Assembly: GCA_002839375.1 (NCBI GenBank)
Contig: PGXY01000004.1
Coordinates: forward strand, 51,612-115,611
Direction: 5' to 3'
DNA: 64,000 bases
Source of the DNA: Spirochaetae bacterium HGW-Spirochaetae-1
GTDB lineage: Bacteria; Spirochaetota; UBA4802; UBA5550
Each line of letters begins with the position of its first letter. Position 1 is the stretch's first letter. Below the pieces are notes generated by a model. It made no database searches, was not told the DNA's origin, and worked only from the letters and a program-made list of their open reading frames with translations. Positions 58,343 through 64,000 of this stretch are shown here, piece after piece. The position numbers and the translations under genes were made by a program.

Positions 58343-59199
58343 ATCGGGAACGTCTCTTTATTGTTTTTATAACACCGGAAGATAGCGTCGTTTTTATTCA
58401 GGACTATCTTCCCATTTTTCTTTACATAGGAATAGAGCGACTGCGACAGGCACGAGGAAAGATCTATGACCTGGTCAGGATACGCGGTCATTACTTCCTT
58501 GTAAATAAGGTGCTTTTTCTTTTCAATATAGTAGATGCAGTCCTCTACCTGATCGCGATTGAATTCCAGGGCGTTCTCAAAATCAATTTTATCAACCCTG
58601 GTGAAATGGGGCATCAGGCGGTCCAGGCCGTTTTCAAGAGAAAACTCCATGAAGAGCCTGTTAAGGAGCAGATTATCGGGGAACATCATGCCCAGTTTTT
58701 TCATACAACGGGGAACAAATTCTATGGCCTCGCGCAGGGTGTGCTCACTGTGCGTTACGGCAATGAACAGTCCGTCGGGCTTCAGTATACGCGCAATATC
58801 CTTTATAAGATGGGGGAAAAAATAGAGAGAATAGCAGGCGATGATCAGATCATAGGCCTCATCTTCCATGTCGGTGATGATATCGGCCCTCCCCGTGATA
58901 AAATCTCCCCTGTAGCCTGAAGCATGTACCGAGTGGACAAAAGCATCCCGGTTGTTCTCCACCAGGTCAAGGCCGGTTATACGAGCCTCCCCATGAAGCC
59001 TGTTATTCAATGATTCCACAAAAAAACCATAGCCGCAGCCAAGATCAAGTACAGTGCTATATGCAGAGAGGTCCGTATCCTCTAAAGCCGCAAAACGGAT
59101 ATCACCGCTGTTGGTGGAGTGGTTCTTTATAATATGCCGTGTCACAAGCAGATCATAAACCTGACTATAGGTTAATTGGATATCTTCATCGGAATACAA
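58339..59199 (-). CDS. class I SAM-dependent methyltransferase
   Basis: VLDLGCGYGFF motif I. 286 aa. Confidence 0.7.
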   Translation of the reverse strand: MYSDEDIQLTYSQVYDLLVTRHIIKNHSTNSGDIRFAALEDTDLSAYSTVLDLGCGYGFFVESLNNRLHGEARITGLDLVENNRDAFVHSVHASGYRGDFITGRADIITDMEDEAYDLIIACYSLYFFPHLIKDIARILKPDGLFIAVTHSEHTLREAIEFVPRCMKKLGMMFPDNLLLNRLFMEFSLENGLDRLMPHFTRVDKIDFENALEFNRDQVEDCIYYIEKKKHLIYKEVMTAYPDQVIDLSSCLSQSLYSYVKKNGKIVLNKNDAIFRCYKNNKETFPI

Positions 59200-59348
59200 T
59201 GTTTATACCATACCGGAGATTTGGATTGTCGTAATGAAAAGTATACTCCCTTCCCGATGAAAGTCAAGGATTATCATGGGAATAACAGCAGGTGTCATAT
59301 CCTGCCATTGAATTAATAAAACGGGACATAGCCCGGGATTAAAAGCTA

Positions 59349-59377
59349 TTGACACCGCCTCGATACAAACATATAGT
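59349..59377 (+). promoter_or_regulatory. sigma70-like promoter candidate for the acetyl-CoA hydrolase-GNAT gene
   Basis: TTGACA (59349-59354), a 17-bp spacer, then TATAGT (59372-59377). Confidence 0.35.
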
Positions 59378-59444
59378 ATAGATGTGTATATACATCATAT
59401 CTGAATTTTTAACGAACATAAGAAAATCAAAGGCAGGAACACCT

Positions 59445-61349
59445 ATGACTGATCGTCAGGAAAATTATCTATCCAAAGTAATCCCCATGGAACGCGTCAT
59501 TGATATGATAAAACCGGGCAACAGGATTTTTCTCTCCAGCGGACCGGCCACGCCGGTTTCCACGGTAAATGCCCTGCTCACATCGGAAAAACTGAATCTC
59601 CAGGACCTGGAAATCATCCAGCTCATCACCATTTTCGACTCCCTCATGGAAAAGCTCGATATCGCCACAAACCGTTTCAGGCTCAAGACCTTTAACGTAG
59701 GAGAAAGCATCAGCAAGCAGGTTAATGAAGGGAATATCGATTTTATACCGGCTAACCTGATTGAAATACCGGCCATACTTCAAACAGGGGCTCTGGGAGT
59801 TGATATTGCCGTCATACAGACCACACCCCCCGACGAGCGGGGCTTCATGCGCCTCGGCATAGCCGTGGACGTTGCAGCAATCGTCATGAAGAATGCCGGC
59901 ATAATTATAGCGGAAATAAATCCCCATGTACCCGTCACCTATGGAGAAACAACCCTTCACGTAGACCAGGTCGATTACCTGGTGGAAAGCGACGAACCGC
60001 TGCTGGAGAGAAAGAACAAGCCCTTTAATGCCGTTATCGACAAGATAGGCTGGCATATATCCAACCTGATCCCCGACGAATCTACGGTCGCCCTCCATGC
60101 CGGCCGCATCTTCGATGCCGTGGCGAAGTATCTGCAGACGAAAAAAAATCTGGGAATCCTCACCCATGTGATCTCAGACTGGGCCATAGACCTGGCGAAA
60201 TCGGGCGCAATCTCCCTGGACCGCAACCGCTTCACGGGCGGACAAATCTCCACGAGTTACTGCTACGGCAGTGAAGAATTATACCGCTTCGTAGACCGAA
60301 ATCCAGTCTTTGAATTCCACCCCATCGCCATACTGGCCAATCCCTTTGTCATACGGCGGGTCCACCGCCTCACAAGTATCATGAATGTTAAAAAAATTGA
60401 TGTCACCGGCGAAGCCGTCATCTTTCATTCCGGCGACAATCTTCTTTCCGGTTATGAAAGCAAACTCAACTTCGCCGTCGGTGCCACCTTTTCAAAAAAG
60501 GGCAAAGCGATCGTGGCTCTCCGGTCCACGGACCAGGATGGGAACAGCAACATCGTCATCAGCCACGACGAGAAGGATGCCAGCCGCGTCCGTTCCACGC
60601 TGGGAGTCACCCGCTACGTCGTCACGGAATTCGGCGTGGCGAACCTCTTCGGCAAAAGTATCAGGGAGCGCCTCCTGGCCATGATCGACATAGCCCATCC
60701 CGATCACCGGGAGGAGCTGCTCCGGCAGGCCAAGGAAAAGGGGTATGCCTACCCTGACCAGATCTATCTCAGCCAGTTTGCCGGGAATTATCCCTTCGAA
60801 TTGGAAACGAGGAAGCTGTTCAAAGACGGCCTGGAGGTAAAATTCCGCGCCATAAAGGCATCAGATGAAGACATGATGCGCCGGCTTTTTTACCAGTTCT
60901 CCGACGAAGCGAAATATTTCCGGTATTTTGTTAAAAAATCCGTCATGCTCCACAGGGAAATGCAGAAATATGTCAACACCGATTATGATAAAATAATTTC
61001 CATTGTTGCCATCGTCGAGAAAGGACGCACGGAACGCATAATAGCCGAAGCCCGCTATGCCTATGATTCCCATGATGACAGTTATGAGACGGCCTTTATC
61101 GTTGACGAGCAGTTCCAGGGGCAGGGCATCGGAACCTTCCTCCTTAATTATCTGATACGCATCGCCCAGGAGCGGCATATACGTCAGCTCAAGGCCTTTA
61201 TACTGCCGCAGAATAAAACTATGATCCGGGTATTTGACAAGTGCTGCATCGCTCCTGAATCGGGATTCGAGGACGGCATAGCGGTCAAACGGATAAACCT
61301 GGAGAATAATGCATGCCGTCTTCCTGAAGACAATGACTCTTTATCTTGA
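59445..61349 (+). CDS. fusion protein: acetyl-CoA hydrolase/transferase family (N- and C-domains) plus a C-terminal GNAT N-acetyltransferase
   Basis: The start was chosen at MTDRQ. ...GVTRYVVTEFGVANLFGKSIRERLLAMIDIAHPDHREEL is typical of the Ach1/4-hydroxybutyrate-CoA-transferase C-domain. The tail FQGQGIGTFLLNYLIRIAQE is GNAT motif A. Confidence 0.75.
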   Translation: MTDRQENYLSKVIPMERVIDMIKPGNRIFLSSGPATPVSTVNALLTSEKLNLQDLEIIQLITIFDSLMEKLDIATNRFRLKTFNVGESISKQVNEGNIDFIPANLIEIPAILQTGALGVDIAVIQTTPPDERGFMRLGIAVDVAAIVMKNAGIIIAEINPHVPVTYGETTLHVDQVDYLVESDEPLLERKNKPFNAVIDKIGWHISNLIPDESTVALHAGRIFDAVAKYLQTKKNLGILTHVISDWAIDLAKSGAISLDRNRFTGGQISTSYCYGSEELYRFVDRNPVFEFHPIAILANPFVIRRVHRLTSIMNVKKIDVTGEAVIFHSGDNLLSGYESKLNFAVGATFSKKGKAIVALRSTDQDGNSNIVISHDEKDASRVRSTLGVTRYVVTEFGVANLFGKSIRERLLAMIDIAHPDHREELLRQAKEKGYAYPDQIYLSQFAGNYPFELETRKLFKDGLEVKFRAIKASDEDMMRRLFYQFSDEAKYFRYFVKKSVMLHREMQKYVNTDYDKIISIVAIVEKGRTERIIAEARYAYDSHDDSYETAFIVDEQFQGQGIGTFLLNYLIRIAQERHIRQLKAFILPQNKTMIRVFDKCCIAPESGFEDGIAVKRINLENNACRLPEDNDSLS

Positions 61350-61955
61350 TGCCTGAAGTAAAACGGGCTTCGGAGTCTTCATTCTCATCCCCGTCACCTT
61401 GCTGAAATGGCGGGACAGATCACGGGAGCTCAGCTCAAGAAATTTCATGTAGGGCGTTAGGGTGATATATTCATGGAAGGCATGCATGTCCTTTATGAAG
61501 TGGGAATCGAAATGTTCGCGGGAATGACCATGGGCCGCCTTCACCGCTGCCATCCTCCTGATATCGCCGTTAAACTCGGGATTTATATGATACAGCTCAT
61601 GAAAGATAACCCGCAGTTTCTCAGCGGGCGGCAGATCAAAAAAACGGGGCATATAGAAATAGACCAGGTACTTCTGTACGATGCCGCGGTGTGTGATATC
61701 GGGAATGGTGTAAATTTTCCCGCGGTGTTTAATCACCGGTGACCCGTTTTCGAAACGGGTGGGAACCAGCTTGCCATATATCCCCCCCCTGCTTCCTTTT
61801 CTATTGGAGGCGATGCAAACCAGGGTCTTTTCCACATCGATATGAGAAAAGGTCTCTGAAAAACGGGTGATTTCCTGAATAATGAGCGTAAGCACCTGTG
61901 TAACATTGATGGACTCGGCCACCCTTGCACCTGGCGCTCTACTGGGCTTCAGCAT
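61341..61955 (-). CDS. putative HExxH zinc-metallopeptidase-like protein
   Basis: IFHELYHIN motif. 200-aa core. The start is ambiguous, and the ORF overlaps the recN 3' end. Confidence 0.4.
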   Translation of the reverse strand: MLKPSRAPGARVAESINVTQVLTLIIQEITRFSETFSHIDVEKTLVCIASNRKGSRGGIYGKLVPTRFENGSPVIKHRGKIYTIPDITHRGIVQKYLVYFYMPRFFDLPPAEKLRVIFHELYHINPEFNGDIRRMAAVKAAHGHSREHFDSHFIKDMHAFHEYITLTPYMKFLELSSRDLSRHFSKVTGMRMKTPKPVLLQASR

Positions 61956-63645
61956 GGGCAACCATCTCCTCGGCATGCTGCAGGGTGATATCGGTAATAT
62001 TCTCACCGGACAGCATCCTGGCAATTTCCTTCACCTTGTCCTTCCGGTTGAGGTTCCTGACAATGGTGGTAACCCGGTCCCCGGTCTTCCCCTTCTGAAT
62101 GTAATAGTGATTATCCGACATGGAAGCGATCTGCGGGAGATGCGTGATCAGCAGGACCTGCCGGTTACGCGCCAGCAGTTTCAGTTTTTTGCCCACGATA
62201 TCGGCGATCTTTCCCCCGATGCCGGCATCGACCTCATCGAAAATGAGGGTCTCCACGATATCCGACGACAGGATCACGTTTTTAAGGGCCAGCATAATGC
62301 GGGACATTTCACCACCCGAAGCCACCTTACGGAGCTGCTTCAGGTCTTCTCCCTCATTGGCCGATATAAGAAACTCCACGCGGTCCAGTCCGTGGGGATA
62401 AAGCACATAGGTCTTTCCTTCTGTCTCTATATCGCCCTCGGGGCTAACCTCACGCTTGATGGATACACGGAAGATAGTGCCGCCCATACCCAGGTCCTTC
62501 AGCTCCTTCATCACCAGGTCCTCAAGCATCCTGGCCGCCCCTTTACGCGCATCGGAAAGGGCCAGGGCCTTTTCCTTGGCTGTCTTCACGGTCCGCTTTT
62601 CTTCATCGTGAAGCCGCTCTATTTCCTCGTCGCTGGAAGTTATGGCATGAAGTTCGCGTCGGGCCTTTTCGGCATATTCCAGTATGTCTTCAACGGTATC
62701 ACCGTATTTTTTCTTGAGTGTGGCCATGAGAGCAAGGCGCTCCTCCACCTGGTTTATGCGTTCCGGAGAAAAATCGATTTTACCCTGATAGTCCCTGAGA
62801 AAACAGGAGACATCCTCCAGGGAAAAAAGGGACTCCTTGACTATTTCCAGTATGTTGGAAATCTCCGTGTCATATTCCGAAACCGTTGAGAGACTCTGCT
62901 CCGCTCTCTTCAACTGCTGGAATACGCCGTTTTCACCGTTCAGGTGCTCTGCTGTCCGGTTTACCGCCCTGAAGAGTTTCTCGGCATTTGCCAGCAGCGT
63001 TGCCTCGTTTTTCAGTTCAACTTCTTCGGTTGTGCTGAGCCCCGCCGCATCAATTTCCCTGATGGCGAAAGAATTATATTCTATCCTGCGCAGTTTTTCC
63101 CTTTCATCTATTTCAAAGGATTTCAGCTTGTCCCTGATGCCGTTAAGATAGTCGTGCAGTTTTCGTATTTCCTCAACCTGCACCTGATGCCCGCCGAAGC
63201 TGTCCAGCAGTTCCCGGTGTTTCGAAATTTTCACAATATTCTGATGCTCGTTCTGTCCGTGGATATCCAGGAGATACTCCGATACATCCTTCACCTTGGT
63301 GAGCGGAACCTGTACGGCATTCATAAAGCACCGCCCCTTCCCGCTGGCATAGAGCTCCCTCCGGAGCATGAGAGTGTCATCATCATATTCTATGCCCATA
63401 TCATCGAGTTGTTCCTTTACCTGGGGCATTGCCGATATATCAAAGCTGCCTTCCAGTGTGGCCTTTTCAAAGCCGGTGCGGATCATGTCCGTGGTCATTT
63501 TTTCACCCAGCACGCCCGAGATGGCGTCGATGAGGATGGACTTCCCGGCGCCGGTTTCACCGGTGAGTACATTGAGACCCTTCTGAAAATTGATAGAGAG
63601 GTCTTCTATAATGATAAAATTTTTTATGCGGAGTTCTGTCATCAT
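61939..63645 (-). CDS. recN: DNA repair protein RecN
   Basis: NVLTGETGAGKSILIDAI Walker A, a coiled-coil middle, and C-terminal LSGGE...DEVDAGIGG. Confidence 0.9.
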   Translation of the reverse strand: MMTELRIKNFIIIEDLSINFQKGLNVLTGETGAGKSILIDAISGVLGEKMTTDMIRTGFEKATLEGSFDISAMPQVKEQLDDMGIEYDDDTLMLRRELYASGKGRCFMNAVQVPLTKVKDVSEYLLDIHGQNEHQNIVKISKHRELLDSFGGHQVQVEEIRKLHDYLNGIRDKLKSFEIDEREKLRRIEYNSFAIREIDAAGLSTTEEVELKNEATLLANAEKLFRAVNRTAEHLNGENGVFQQLKRAEQSLSTVSEYDTEISNILEIVKESLFSLEDVSCFLRDYQGKIDFSPERINQVEERLALMATLKKKYGDTVEDILEYAEKARRELHAITSSDEEIERLHDEEKRTVKTAKEKALALSDARKGAARMLEDLVMKELKDLGMGGTIFRVSIKREVSPEGDIETEGKTYVLYPHGLDRVEFLISANEGEDLKQLRKVASGGEMSRIMLALKNVILSSDIVETLIFDEVDAGIGGKIADIVGKKLKLLARNRQVLLITHLPQIASMSDNHYYIQKGKTGDRVTTIVRNLNRKDKVKEIARMLSGENITDITLQHAEEMVAHAEAQ

Positions 63646-63673
63646 GGCGATGTCCGTTCCTCTGTATCGGGGG

Positions 63674-64000
63674 TTATTGCCCCCAGTTCAGTTTTTCTCT
63701 CAGAATAGCGTAAAAGTTTTTTTTCGGATGGGTGATGAGATTTATTTTCCTGTTGGTTGTCATGAAGAGAACCTCATCATTGCCTTCAATGTGGATAGCC
63801 TCCTGCCCGTCAATTGTCAATAATAAATTTTTCAGCTCCGTGACTATCCTGGCCTTGAGCTGAGACTCCGATGGAATAACCATGGACCGCGTGGCCAGAG
63901 AATGAGGGCATACCGGGTTTAAAAGATACACATCGTTAACCATTGGTGAGATAATGGGCCCTCCCGCCGACAATGAATAGGCCGTAGATCCCGTTGCCGT
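63674..64000 (-). CDS. nadK: NAD kinase, C-terminal part (gene continues past the window end)
   Basis: SAGGPIISPMVNDVYLLNPVCPHSLATRSMVIP is the NAD-kinase signature. The nadK-recN adjacency is also classic. Confidence 0.7.
   Translation of the reverse strand, partial: TATGSTAYSLSAGGPIISPMVNDVYLLNPVCPHSLATRSMVIPSESQLKARIVTELKNLLLTIDGQEAIHIEGNDEVLFMTTNRKINLITHPKKNFYAILREKLNWGQ

Noticed and set aside
1-64000. Checked for CRISPR arrays, rRNA, tRNA-like cloverleafs, and transposase or integrase genes.
   Set aside because: There are no regularly spaced direct repeats, no rRNA-like conserved stretches and no recognisable transposase or integrase ORFs. tRNAs cannot be fully excluded without tRNAscan-SE, but no intergenic gap showed a convincing 70-90 nt cloverleaf.

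Overview
This window is 64 kb of moderately GC-rich bacterial chromosome, densely coded on both strands and annotated by eye from the six-frame ORF track. It most resembles an anaerobic Deltaproteobacteria- or Spirochaete-like genome, inferred from gene content only. There is no rRNA, tRNA, CRISPR or obvious transposase. The backbone is ordinary: DNA repair genes (xth, sbcDC, ruvB, recN, a partial nadK), transporters (ABC, ABC-2, LysE, EamA, NCS2, MscS), a stomatin-NfeD pair, ptsN, a large PAS-rich hybrid histidine kinase, and assorted SDR, epimerase, aminotransferase, methyltransferase and alpha/beta-hydrolase genes. The less ordinary content is listed below.
- A fatty-acid-like degradation operon (1-5416) that combines two different DUF35 fusions (DUF35-BKACE and SCP2-DUF35) with two SCP-x-type thiolases and an acyl-CoA dehydrogenase. 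It is divergent from a fadD-like CoA ligase and a TetR gene, across a promoter carrying TGTTAAT repeats.
- Two tandem paralogous membrane-anchored PP2C (SpoIIE/RsbU-type) phosphatases.
- An AT-rich islet (19.4-20.5 kb) holding a truncated PAS-domain gene remnant and a 13-bp-stem hairpin.
- A marR gene bracketed by two copies of the palindrome TTAGTT-N6-AACTAA.
- A roughly 80-100 bp intergenic element with terminal inverted repeats, present twice at convergent gene ends (36412-36514 and 40038-40114).
- A small nucleotidyltransferase plus mini-ORF pair that may be a toxin-antitoxin-like module.
- A tiny acidic Cys/His protein gene with a strong SD, its own terminator and a 48-bp double palindrome upstream.
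- A three-gene operon of methyltransferase, Zn-ribbon-NUDIX-fusion protein and solitary ABC-type ATPase.
- An acetyl-CoA hydrolase/transferase-GNAT fusion placed divergently from that operon.
No tools were run, so all calls rest on motif recognition and manual reading.
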